From: a virus
Taxonomy: Duplodnaviria; Caudoviricetes
Length of the DNA: 64,000 bases
Direction: 5' to 3' (one strand)
Virus record (IMG/VR): IMGVR_UViG_3300014039_000012
Span: 105,442 to 169,441 of that record
This document shows, in pieces, positions 43,225 to 54,900 of this stretch (position 1 is its first letter; each line of letters opens with the position of its first letter). Both the position numbers and the translations under genes were made by a program. A model generated the notes under the pieces. That model did no database searches, had not been told where the DNA came from, and worked only from the letters and a program-made list of their open reading frames with translations.

Positions 43225-43691
43225 TGGCAGAGGTAATTAATAATAAGAATAATTCTAATTCTAACACAACTTCTACCCTTTCCGCAATTCTTGCCGCCCC
43301 CATTGATTTCTTCTACTCTCACATTGAAGAAATGTCTCTTTTCGGAGTAACTTCCGACGAGTCCGAGACAATCATTATTACCCGCAGAGAATCTCCTGAA
43401 GCAACAATCACGACCTCCGATTCCACAATGTTCACAAAGATTCGAAAGAATATTATCGCAGATCCGGAACATAAGGACTGGAAGGTTCAAGCCGTTACTC
43501 GTGCAAGTTCCGACAATAACCAATTTCATTTCATCGAGATTCAAGTGGCCTGCCCCAAGAAGCTAATTTCTCTCCGCTCCAAAACAACCACGAAGGAGCT
43601 GACAGACGAGCAGAAAGAAGCAATGCGGGAGCGGATGTCCAAGATGTGGAAGAATAGAGGAAATTCCGCAGAAACAGAAGACGAGGATTAA
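43221..43691 (+). CDS. Hypothetical protein
   Basis: ORF overlaps the upstream stop; C-terminal ELTDEQKEAMRERM helix. Confidence 0.6.
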   Translation: MMAEVINNKNNSNSNTTSTLSAILAAPIDFFYSHIEEMSLFGVTSDESETIIITRRESPEATITTSDSTMFTKIRKNIIADPEHKDWKVQAVTRASSDNNQFHFIEIQVACPKKLISLRSKTTTKELTDEQKEAMRERMSKMWKNRGNSAETEDED

Positions 43692-44053
43692 GTTCCTAAT
43701 CTATTGTTCGGGAGCGGTTCTATTGTTCCGCACATTGTTCCGATAAAGGTTCTTCAACGGTCTATAAACCGCTCCCACGTGCGGCAGAAAAATAATGCCG
43801 CTCCCCGTTAAAAGACACCCCTGATTTTCTAATAAAACAATAAGCCAGAAAATAAAGTTTCAAAGGGCTATCGGTACTCGCCGAAAACCAACTTTAAAAA
43901 TTTCGTCCTATTTTAATCGAGAGAGTCGGGGTAAAATCGGCACTCAAACTATATTGGTGCCGAAGCACTGAAATAGCAACTAAAATTAAGCCCAAATAAG
44001 GGCAAAAATAAAACTAAAAACAATTCTAAATTCCAATAAGGAGATGCTTTTAA

Positions 44054-44800
44054 ATGAAATATTACAGCGATATTACCAACGAACTTTATGAAACCCGCGA
44101 ACAGCTTTTCAAGGCAGAGCGCGATTACAAAACCGAACTTCTCGAAAAGGCTCGCGCGGACGAGAAAGCGAAGAAGATTGCGGATCTCGAAGCACAGCTC
44201 GCAGAACTTCGCGGAGAGACGACCACAAAGAAGGCTGATGCCAAACCCTCCGACTCTTCCGATGTTTATACGGGAGCGGTTAAAGAAGATAGCCCCGAAA
44301 AAGACAGCCCCGCTCCCACGAAGGTTTATGATGCGGGAAGAGAAGGTAAGATTGATTATTCCAAGACCGTCGAAGAGATCAAGAAGCTAATCAACAATTT
44401 CAAGTTTAAGTATCCGAGTTTTGAGTTTCAGGATGTTGAAGACGAAGATGAAAAGGACGAACTGACGGCCGACGATATTAAGGAAGATACAATGTCCTCC
44501 GCTCCCAAGATGAATATTAAAGCCGTTCCTCGTCCCGGAGCAAAAACTACTCGCCCCGCTACAGAAAAGACCGCTCCCGCAAAGACAAATAGCTCGTGCG
44601 GTGGTTGTGGTAAGAAGTGCGTTAAGAACTCCGACACTGATGGAGACAAGGTGCGGAGCAAACTCGCAGATTCTGGATATTATTCCTCCGCATATGTTAA
44701 CCTGAACGGTAAGGAGTTTTACTCCGAGGGAGCGGATTCGTGGAATGACGTTAAGAAGGCTGTTCGGGAATATTTTGATAAGCTTCAGGGACTGAAGTGA
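44054..44800 (+). CDS. Hypothetical protein, low-complexity centre
   Basis: SD aaggag; last + strand gene before the terminator. Confidence 0.65.
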   Translation: MKYYSDITNELYETREQLFKAERDYKTELLEKARADEKAKKIADLEAQLAELRGETTTKKADAKPSDSSDVYTGAVKEDSPEKDSPAPTKVYDAGREGKIDYSKTVEEIKKLINNFKFKYPSFEFQDVEDEDEKDELTADDIKEDTMSSAPKMNIKAVPRPGAKTTRPATEKTAPAKTNSSCGGCGKKCVKNSDTDGDKVRSKLADSGYYSSAYVNLNGKEFYSEGADSWNDVKKAVREYFDKLQGLK

Positions 44801-44841
44801 GGATGGACTGATTAAGTAAGTTTACAAATAATTTACAATTT

Positions 44842-44871
44842 AGGAGTGGTCTGGAGACTGCTCCTTTTTTT
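44842..44871 (+). terminator. Intrinsic terminator ending the + strand block
   Basis: aggagtggtc-tgga-gactgctcct followed by a T run. Confidence 0.8.
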
Positions 44872-45260
44872 GTTGGGCAAGTAATTTTTGGACGAAGTTC
44901 TAATAAAATAGGCGGCTGCTCAACCATTTTAAAGGGGCGGTTCTATGGGTTAGGGGCGGGTGGGGTTAAAAGCGGGGCGGCCGCCGGAAAGAAAAAAATT
45001 CCCCGCCTAATTAAAAAAGTGGCTCGGGAATATAATTAGCCCTCGCGTATGGTTTGTTTTAGTGTCCGATTAAAGACACAAGGAAGCCTTGGGGTTCGCT
45101 CCCTTTAAACTATTCTATACCCATCCCATCCACCCACAGTCATAACTCAACAGTCTACCAAACCCATTACAACACAAGAACTCTTCGAAACACAAATCCC
45201 GTTGAAGCACGGTTTTCTTTACTTGCGGATAACCGTAAACCCAATTGTTCTTACCTCATT

Positions 45261-45664
45261 TTATCGATGAAGTTCGATAAAAGCAAGGACGAGACACAGA
45301 AGCACAACAATACCAAAAGCGCTCATTTCATCACCTCCTTTCAATTGAAGATATACTCGACGCACCCCGGGTCCAGCTTAATACCCAGCCAAATCGAGAA
45401 GATGAACAAAAGAATTACAATAATGACGACAAATATTCCTCCGCTATCTTTCATCTCTTTCATAGATCCTTTCGACAATAGCCACAGAACCAACAATGTT
45501 ATCAAGCTTTCATCACCTCCTTTCTACTTCGAAAAGTAGAACATCAGAAAGAAATAAACAGCTAATATAACCCAAGTTGCAATAGCTTCAATCTTGTTGC
45601 ACATTTCTTTAGAGTCTTTCCAGCATCGTCGGATTACCAGTCCGAGAATCAGTAAAAGTATCAC
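45261..45664 (-). CDS. Three tandem small hydrophobic peptides (45524-45664, 46 aa; 45341-45505, 54 aa; 45261-45326, 21 aa)
   Basis: Each has an AGGAGG SD and a TM-like stretch; all are below the ORF-track cutoff. Confidence 0.5.
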
Positions 45665-45703
45665 ATAATTGTCCTCCTTTTATTTATTAACAAATGATGA
45701 ACA

Positions 45704-46102
45704 TTATTCATCATCAGTTTCCTCGTCATCCTCCTCGCTCCAACTGTCAATTTCTTCCTGAATCTTGTCGTTCTCAAAAGACTTTTCGCAATCAACGACT
45801 TCTCTTGCAATGTCTCCGGGGTAAATCCAATCAGTCGGGTCGTTGGTCGATTCGAAGTTGCCGTAGCCGTTGAAATGGAAATAGTCGTGATTCGGATTGA
45901 AATCTCCATAAACGATGCTACGAGCAATTTCGCTCGGGGTCATTCCTTCGCAGATCTCGTCGAATCTCTCCATTTCAATGATTTCGTCATCGTAGTCATT
46001 CGTCTCGTAGCAATATTCGTTGTGGAGTGCTACTGCATCCGAATCGTCCATATCCTCGATAATGTCGCGAATTGCTTCAACCTTTTCTTTGTAAGTTTTC
46101 AT
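45704..46102 (-). CDS. Highly acidic hypothetical protein
   Basis: D/E-rich 132 aa protein with a strong SD. Confidence 0.7.
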   Translation of the reverse strand: MKTYKEKVEAIRDIIEDMDDSDAVALHNEYCYETNDYDDEIIEMERFDEICEGMTPSEIARSIVYGDFNPNHDYFHFNGYGNFESTNDPTDWIYPGDIAREVVDCEKSFENDKIQEEIDSWSEEDDEETDDE

Positions 46103-47203
46103 AGTTTTGTTCTCCTTTCCGTTTTCAATATTTTTTTGTTTATTTTGGTTAGTTGGTTTGTTTTGTTAATTGGCTGGTTAAATTATTTAATGCTGTCTTT
46201 GTGAATTGCATAGGTCCAATAAGCGATGTTGACATCCTTATCGATATACCGGCCATAAAGAAAGAAAGCCCGATAAATCGCATAGTCGTCTTGGTCCTTG
46301 TAAAGTTCGACGGAAACACACAATCCGCGATATTTGTCTTTTTCTCCAATCCTTGGAAGATCCGAAAGCGAATCAACAACCTTCGCGTTCCCGACCCATT
46401 CGCGAATTTCCTCAAGTGTTCCGTTTTTGTCGGTGCAGTTACGAATATAATTTTCAAAAGAATAATTATATTCATCTGGTTGCTCTCTCTGAAGGTGCTT
46501 GAATGTTCTCAGAAGTTCCTCCTCTGTGACAATGATGTCAAACTCTAAATCTCTAAACTTTCTCATTTTAGATTTCCTCCTTTAAAATATTTTTTGCCTC
46601 TTCAATTGCCAAAAGGCACTCTTTATTTCTTCTGGCATAATTCAAATGCCAAACCACAATAATGTCATTGTGCTCACTCAAGATAACCGTGGCAGCAACC
46701 TCACCTTCTTCGTTTTCGTCATCTGTTTTCCAAACATCAATTGTAATACCTGCTTTGATTCCATTTTTTAATTCCTCAAAGCAATAGTCGTTTCTCACTT
46801 CTGCAAACATTTTCATAATTCTTTCCTTTCTCCCCGCTTATGGTCAGATAGGACAACCAATTGTTAATTTTTTGTTAATGATTGAAATATAATTTTTGTT
46901 CAATTCTTTGCATCGGATAAATCCGATTTTCATCAAACGGATAAACAATTTCATTGACGTTATCGTCTTCGTCTACGATTGTCAAGCAATCATAACTTTC
47001 AACTTCAACGAGAACTGCTGTCTCTTCTGCGAAGAACCACCAATTATTATCAATAATATTGATAATCTTTTCGGCTTTCTCGCTGCTGTCGAGCTTTTCA
47101 GCGATGTATTGTTGAAGTTCATTGCGTTTATTATCGAAATCCGTCCAGTTGTCAGGCACTTTGATGATTTCTGTTTTTAATTGTTCTCTGTACGTCATGA
47201 TAT

Positions 47204-47737
47204 TTACTCCTTCGGTTTTGCAATTACCCATGTTTTATTATGTAAAATTGATTGTATAGTTGTTGCTCCAACTCCATATTTTCTTGCCAATGCTCTTCCA
47301 CCAAAGATTGGATCTCTTGGAATGTATGTTTCCAATATATCATTCACATCTTGTCTTGTTAATTTGTGGCTACCATTTTTTTCCCCATAACTTATACCAT
47401 TGGGAAGTTTCAAACCTGTATCAAACGCATGCTTAATGTTTTGAGACTTCGTTACCCATTCAAGATTTTCAACAAAATTATTTTCCTTATTTCCATCTTT
47501 GTGGTTAATTTCAGGAAATCCATTCGGATTTTCAATAAAAGCCATCGCAACAAGTCTATGAACCTTAAAATTTTTCATTGTTCCATTTTTACAAAGTTTA
47601 ACATTCATATATCCATATCTGTCTTTATCAAGATGTAGTATTTTCTCGTTTTTACTTTTCAGTGATTTAATTTGTCCAAAATTTGATACCTGATATTCTT
47701 CATATCCACCTTCTATTTGTTTCCATATTTCTTCCAT
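47204..47737 (-). CDS. NUMOD4-HNH endonuclease
   Basis: EIWKQI.G...YQVSNFG, VHRLVAMAF and INHKDGNKENN.VENLEW motifs. Confidence 0.9.
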   Translation of the reverse strand: MEEIWKQIEGGYEEYQVSNFGQIKSLKSKNEKILHLDKDRYGYMNVKLCKNGTMKNFKVHRLVAMAFIENPNGFPEINHKDGNKENNFVENLEWVTKSQNIKHAFDTGLKLPNGISYGEKNGSHKLTRQDVNDILETYIPRDPIFGGRALARKYGVGATTIQSILHNKTWVIAKPKE

Positions 47738-48422
47738 GTAGTTCTCCTTTAATTTATTGCCGGTAGGACAGCATAATTGTTAAAATTTTGTTAATTCAGA
47801 ACGGCAATGTGTCGCGACTCAAATGCAGATCAAGCCAGTCATAGGTCTTCGGAAAGTGGTCCATCATCCAAGCCCAGAAATGCCTTCTTCTTCTGCGTTC
47901 TCTCCGAGTCTCAATTGCACTTCGCTTTTGCTTCTTCATACTTTTCCCTCCTTTCTCAATTCGCTAAAATTCTTCATCGTCGTATATTTCCAACCGTCGC
48001 AGTCGGTCATATACCAAATGATAACTGGGTTGTTATCCTTGTCGAGTGCCACTCCCTTGAACTGTAAATCCAAGTCGTCATTACTCCTTGCGTCAACGTT
48101 GGTGTTCCAGATTGCAGCATATTCTCCGCTCGAAGTGTAAGGAAGTCCGTAGGTCAGTTCGACGTTCCTCTCACGCTTTCCGTGAACAATCCGCAGACTT
48201 TTGTCGAGCCATTTCACTGCCGCAAGGGCAATCTTGTACTGTCTTTCGTAGTCGGTCCATTCTTTTACTTCATTCGGGTAAAGCTCCATCGATGTCGTTT
48301 GGGTGTTCTTAATGTTTTCCATATCAGAAATCCTTTCTCCGGTTTTATCGAGGTTCTCCGGAAACTCAATATTTTAATTTTATATAATCAGGATAAAATC
48401 CTGTAATTTTCGAGTATTTATT

Positions 48423-49355
48423 TTAGTACGGATAACTTTTAAATGCTTCGTCTTTGTCGTGTTGTATATCGTTACTTAAATCTCTAAATCGTGTATATTT
48501 CTTGTTCGGGTTTATTTTGAAAAACGAAAGCAAATCGCTATAATACCATTCCGACATCGACTCGGAACAATAATGTTCAAGGACTTCTTTTTCATCAATT
48601 GGTTCTTCGCAATGTTCTTGAACAATCTTCAACATATTATCTTCTTCGGTCTTTTGTTTTTCTCTTGAACGTTTTGATCTTTCTTCTTCTTTAGCCTGTT
48701 CTACTTCGTGCTTCCAATATTCGTATTTTTCTCTGTCGTCAATAATAGAGGAGATTTGTTCTTTAGACAATCCTGTGATCTTTTGAATCTCCGGATATTT
48801 TGTTCTTTTTCGATATAGTTGAACGACCTTGATCTTTATCTCTGCGGTAGCAGGGGGAGAAACCGCGCCAGCGGTCTGGGAAGGTTCGTCAGAACCACCC
48901 CTCTCGATCTCTGTCTCCTTCTCCTTCTCTCTATCTTTATCTATATCTTTTTCTTTATCTATATCATGGTTTTGACCCTTTTGACCCATTTTATTATATC
49001 GTTTTAAAGCGCATCGAATTGAGTCTTCTGTCAACCCCATTTTAGAAGCGATATCTTTAATCGAATCTCCATTTTCTTTCAGGCGATAAATCTCATCATA
49101 ATCCAATTCTTTTGGTCGTCCGCCCTTCTTTCCAGCTTCAACCGCTTTTCGATATTTCTCTTGTGCGGATTGAACATTCGGAAGACAACTGCCTTTTATC
49201 CAGCCAAGAATTAAGTCATTTTCTGTTTTGATTTCTCCTCGAATCGATAAATATACTAACGCATAAATCGCTTCTTTAGCGAAATCAGTTCCCATCATTT
49301 TCTCAAACGCATCAATTGTTTCGAGCCAGCTCTCGTAAAATACCATATTTGCCAT
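48423..49355 (-). CDS. DUF6291-like N-terminal domain plus HTH; replication-protein-like
   Basis: MVFYESW...AGKKGGRP, an HTH-like SIKDIASKMG segment and a DIDKEKDIDKD linker. Confidence 0.55.
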   Translation of the reverse strand: MANMVFYESWLETIDAFEKMMGTDFAKEAIYALVYLSIRGEIKTENDLILGWIKGSCLPNVQSAQEKYRKAVEAGKKGGRPKELDYDEIYRLKENGDSIKDIASKMGLTEDSIRCALKRYNKMGQKGQNHDIDKEKDIDKDREKEKETEIERGGSDEPSQTAGAVSPPATAEIKIKVVQLYRKRTKYPEIQKITGLSKEQISSIIDDREKYEYWKHEVEQAKEEERSKRSREKQKTEEDNMLKIVQEHCEEPIDEKEVLEHYCSESMSEWYYSDLLSFFKINPNKKYTRFRDLSNDIQHDKDEAFKSYPY

Positions 49356-49537
49356 ACTTTAATCTCCTTTTAAAATGAATTTTTCTTTTAATTAATTTTA
49401 ATATTTTGTTCATAATTGAACTCCTTTGATTAGAATCTGTGAATTTCTATAAAAGCCAGAACTAATATCAATAATACCAAGATGCCAAAAGGTGACATAT
49501 ATTTTACCTCCAATCTTCTAAAATATCTATATAAAAA

Positions 49538-49561
49538 GGAGACTGGATTTCTCCAGCCTCC
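49538..49561 (-). terminator. Intrinsic terminator on the minus strand
   Basis: Minus strand reads ggaggctgga-gaaa-tccagtctcc-ttttt. Confidence 0.7.
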
Positions 49562-51951
49562 TTGAATTTTAATAATTTGTTAATAATTTAATTGTCAGAG
49601 CTCGACCTTTTTTCCTCTACCGCAAATTCTTGCAAACGGGCAATAGAAAGACAGATAGCTATTCAAGTGTCTCCCAACCTGTTTGTTATCCCAGAGCACA
49701 AACATATATTCGAGGGCATTTGCAACAGACCAGAAATCACATCCGTCTTTAATTGCATAGATTCCGGATTTAAGAAGTTGTTTTAAAAACTCTTTCTCAT
49801 AATGCGTTGCGGGCGCGACAAAGTCACTTTCATTTTCGGGGCGAACCCAAACTTCATCAGAAAACATATTCGCAAGTTTATTAACAATTTCTTGATCGAT
49901 AGAGCTTTCTTCGTTTGCGTAGGTTTCGAAGAGATACTTCTGTTCTGCGGTTTTGTAAGTAGTAAGCATAGTTTTAATCCTTTCTGCCGTTTTGTAAGAG
50001 GTTTGCGGTGACTCTAATTTTTAAATTTTAATAATTTGTTAATAATTTAATATGTGAAATCGACGAAGACCGGAGTGTCTTTCTTCAACATCCGTTCGTA
50101 GCTGATATCGTCCCGTCTTCCGCAGGAGTATTTCTTTTCGGAGCGATCGTAGTCGCCCTTCTCATAGACCTGCGAATCTTTCGGATTGGCAATCGGTTTC
50201 AAGGTGAACCAATCACCTTTCTTTAATGCTCCGAGAGTCAAGACAAAGTTCGGATTCTTTTCAACCCGGTGTTTGATTCGGAATGTTGTCTGCGGGCAAT
50301 TTTCGCGATATTCTTTTAGCGTCTTTTTGGCTTCCGCGAGAGTGTATTCAGAGCATTCAACGCTCCATTCGTTCCCGTAGAATCCTTCGATGTCATAACG
50401 GTCGATGGTCTTTCTGGTGTCGATAGTGGTTGTGGTTTTCATAGTATTTCTCCCTTTTAATAATTTGTTAATATTTTAATTACCAATTTGTTCTCATGCA
50501 TTCGTCCAACCAAACAACCCGATGTCCCCAACGGAAACCAGTTCTTCCGTCGTTGTTGGTGAAGACTTTTGATTTTTTCGGAGTTTCTTTCGTTCCGGCG
50601 ATTTCGACAAAGTAGACAATTTCTTCCGATTCATCGATCTCGCAAATTTCCAATCCAAGTCCAGCAAGTCCTCCGTAGTAGGTCGCAATAGGGTCTTTCC
50701 CTTCGATGTGATTTTTGATTTCGGTTTTGGTGATTCTCATAGCTTTATTCTCCTTTTTTAATTGTTTTGTTTATTTCTTTCTCATAGACAAAAGAACAAG
50801 CGCCTCAACTTCTTCTTCTGAAACGCCCTCGAGTTTATTCATATAATCGCAGCGTTCCTTTGCCATTTCAGCAGTCGGATAGAAGTTAAGAGGCCAATAT
50901 CCATATTCACCTTTCATAACATAGATTGCAGCAGTCGGATCACTCGGAAGTGTCGTGTAAGCGCATTCGGGGAGATTTTCGGGATGCTCAAGCAACTCCA
51001 TAAGTTTTTGTTTATTCATAATATTTTTCCTTTCTGGCCGTATATGTCCGATACCGCAGACAAATTTTTAATTTAGCAAATCACGAACCAAAGCTTCTTG
51101 TAGTTCTGTTCACAAAATTCAACATTGCTTAATTTATTTTTGTTAAAATCAGGATATGAAGGATCGTTATAAATTGTTCCATCGGGACTAAGACAGGAAA
51201 TCCAATCTTGATATTTTTCGCATTCAGCAGCGTCTTTTTCATCGATAGTATAAGTAACGAAGTTTCCATAACCATTGTAATTAGAAACATAAATATGTTC
51301 GTCGTTATAATAAAGATCGTGACCTCTCTTGACAAAGTCGAGCATTTTCTTCGCGTTTTCAAAAGTAGCAAAATTTTTCATAGCATTTCCCTTCTCTCCG
51401 TATAACGCCGTTAGGTCAGCGTAATTTAATTATTGATTACTGAATGGTTTCGCGCATTTCCTCAATCTGCTCTTCGGTAAAGCACCGATGAAGTTTCTCA
51501 TTCTGCGCAAGACAAGCCTTCCAAATCTTCCGAGCTTTCGTGCGTTCGGACCCGGGCGTGTTGTCATATCCGTATTCCGAGCAAAACTCCTCGAAATCGT
51601 CATCCGCATAGCTGTCTCCTCCGAGGCAAGTCAAAATGTCATAAGCTGTCGGTTCTGCTTCCGCAATCTTTTCAGGGTCTTTCGATTGGAGCTTTTCCTT
51701 GTTTGCGATAGAATCCCAGAAAATTCCCCACATATGTCCGAGAGGGGTTTTGATGTCGTAACGGTAACGAGGGCGCAGAACTGAGTCCCAATTGGTATTT
51801 GCTGCGAGCCCAGTGTAAGTGAATTTCACGGTGATGTTGTGCTTCTTGCAGAAATTGTCGGCGATTTCGGTGTAGGTTGAGTGTCTCATAATATTTCCTT
51901 TCTTTTGCGATGGTATTATGCCGCCACCGCACGGCAAATTGATTTTGTTAA

Positions 51952-51967
51952 TGTTTCACGTGAAACA
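51952..51967. promoter_or_regulatory. parS: parS site (ParB/Spo0J-binding palindrome)
   Basis: Perfect TGTTTCACGTGAAACA, intergenic. Confidence 0.85.
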
Positions 51968-54900
51968 ATTTAGCCCTTGATTTCTTTCAGATAGTCTTTC
52001 CAGAGGGCGTCGGTCACTCCATATACGTTATGGATTGAATCGCAGCTGTTCGTTCTGCGTTCGTCAATATAGAACTTCCAAATATTTGTGAACGGAATTT
52101 CGATATCTTTGTCGCAACTGATGTCAAGCACGGAACCGCTTCCATCCCATGGGTTAAATAGTCCGCAGGTTGTTCTCTTGTCAAGAACAATCGAACCGTT
52201 AGGATTGGACTTCATCTTTTCCTTCAGCTCGATTGCCTGTCCGAGCGTCATTTTTACGCAGAAAGTTAGTGCTTCGCAGCCGTAACCGTTGTCAATTTCT
52301 TGCTGAACAGTTTCGAGGAATGTTTTCGGTCTCTCAACGGGGTCTTTCTTTAAGATTTCAACAACTTCTTCGAAAGTATACCCTTGTTGTTTTGCCAACC
52401 AGACAAGCCCAGCTTTTTCAGCATTTTCATCGACTTTTCCATCTTCATCAACGATATGCTCATTTAGCCAGAAGTCATAATTGTCATCGCCATTTGAAAC
52501 AACGATGTTAAAACAGAACTCCTGCGACAGAGCCCAGTCTTCCGGGTAGTCGACACAGACGACATCCATAAATGCTTCTCGAATGTCCTCGTGTTCAAAG
52601 AGTTTTGATTCGATCTTTTCTTCGAAACCATCAACAATGTTGTCGGTGATATCCCATTCCTGCTCTTGATATCCATCCCAAAGCTTTTCAATCAGAATGT
52701 CTCGAGGAGAGTCATCCTCAAGGATTTCCTGCGCGGTTGAGTCGTCAATTTTATCTCGATAATCGGTGTAAATTTCGAAATGATAATTTCCGTCTTTCTG
52801 TTTTGCATAGCCGTAGTTTTCTGCGAGAAATTCCTTTACGAGTTCATTAATGTCTTTCATAGTATTTTCCTTTCTGCGGTTTTGAAGAGGTTTTCCGCAA
52901 ACTCTAATTTTTAATTTGTTTTAGTGATTAACCAAACAGAACTTCTCCAAAAAGCGAGAATTGAACAATGATGTCGGCAACTTCCGAATCAATCTGACAA
53001 CAATTGAGCTGCCACTCTCCGAATCCATCTCCTTCGGGGACGAACCAGTTGTAATGAGAATAATAACCTTCTTCAATTGCTTTTCGAATTCCGATGAAAA
53101 GCTTCTCGAGAGAGAGTAAATAATTTTTACCATTTTCGATATCTGTAACTTCCAGTTCTTTTCCATCAAAAAGAATTTGTGCGAAAATCTCTTCAAAGCA
53201 GACATCTTTCAAGTCTGCTCCTTGTTCGACAAGATGTTTCTTCGCTTCGGAGTAGTCGTTGTCGTTAGCGGAAACGGCCGCCCAGTATCCAACCCCGCCA
53301 TTTACGGCGGAGCAGACAATATCCAAAACATCTTCTTTTGTGATTTTAACTTGAATTGTCGGTTTCAGAATTGCGCAAGTTTTATTCCATTTCAATTCCA
53401 TATTAGAACACCACCTTTTCAATAATTTCGATTTCGTAACGATCTTCGGACCAGAATCCTTCCTGATAAACGGAGAAGTAATATTCGCCTTCATCGACAA
53501 CTTTATTGTCAAGTTCCATCAAATGGTCATTTGCCTTCTCGTCGGCGACACATTCATCGAAATAGGCTTTTGCCTTTTCGCGCGTTGAGAAAACTTTCAT
53601 TTCGGTGTCGGTTGAACCGTCAATTGTCGCATCAACTTTAACAATGTAAACGAAAGTCGGCTTATTCTCTTCTGAATTGAAAATCTTGTCGGCAAGGTCA
53701 CTTGCCTTCGCGTCTTCGGGATCGTCATCATCGAGAATGCGCATATCTCCAGTTGAAATTCCACATTCTTGACATTGGTAATCGATCGCATCTTTTGCGT
53801 AATCGATCGTTCCTTTGTCCATCTCGATTGCACGGTCGTCCTCCACGAACAGTTCAGCCAAAATTCTTCTTTCCATAGTATATACCTTTCTTCGGTTTTG
53901 TTGAGGTTTGCCGAAAACTCATAATTTTTAGTTGGTGGTTTTGTGATTATGATTAATCGATATTGTCGAACACTGCTGTCGCAATTGCCTGTTTGGAATT
54001 TCCGGTTACGCAAACTCCACGGCTCAACCGGTCGAGAGAGTCGAGGAAGAAGACATATTCTTCTCCATTTGTGTAAACAACATAGGTGCATCCATACCAA
54101 CCGCTGTTAGAGTTAGCAACGGCCGGAGAAAGAAACATCTCGACATATGCGCTCTTGTCGAGTTGGGATTTATTCATTTCGTGCCAAGTAGCGCGGACGT
54201 AGCCCTTTTCCTCAAGTTCGCGGGGGTAAACTTTGTTCTGTTTCATATTTATTTCCTTTCTGCTCGTTTAATGGTCGAATCGCCCAACCAATTTGATTAA
54301 TTAATACTTTCGATGTGTGCGGGAACGAAACGGAACCGAGTGTATCTCGGATATTCCAGATAATTGTCGAATTCCTGTGCCGTCATTCTACCGATGAGAC
54401 TTTCCATCTGATTTCTGTAGAACGGACCTGCGAGAAAATAGAAGCATTTGCTTTCGATTTCCCTTCCGGTTTCCTCATCGAAATAGATGAAAAGTTTCGC
54501 AGAATGTTTCAAACCATCATCATAGTAGAATCCGATGTCTTCGATTCTGCGAATTTTGTCAATGTCGTGGATGTTCGAGTTCATTTCATTTCACCTCCTT
54601 TTTATCTAAAGACGGAATATATTGAAAAGCGATGTTATACATCTTCATTCCAGTAATTTGGTCTCTGAATGTTTGAACGTAGATTCCACCTTTAAGATTA
54701 TTGTCATATCCGTTGTCGTTCGCCCATTCTGTGATAATCTGTGTTGTCAGTGTATTGACATAAACGTAGAGGTCTGAATAATAATGATGAATATCTTCGG
54801 GTGGATAACCAGCCTCGAGAAGACGTTCCATAAGCGATTTGGTGTTCATTTCAATTCTCCTTTTAAAAATAATTCTTGTTTGTACCGTCGAGTTTTTCCA

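Larger units (their letters stand above)
36665..44735. repeat. Dispersed cluster of 22 GGGAGCGG/CCGCTCCC octamers
   Basis: CCGCTCCC at 36665, 37087, 38450, 38626, 40712, 41179, 41251, 41538, 43769, 43798, 44310, 44499, 44571. GGGAGCGG at 37350, 38589, 41667, 42896, 43198, 43627, 43710, 44272, 44728. Confidence 0.92.

Noticed and set aside
36665-44735. Octamer repeats as a CRISPR or other guide array
   Set aside because: Spacing is irregular, orientations are mixed and many copies lie inside CDSs.
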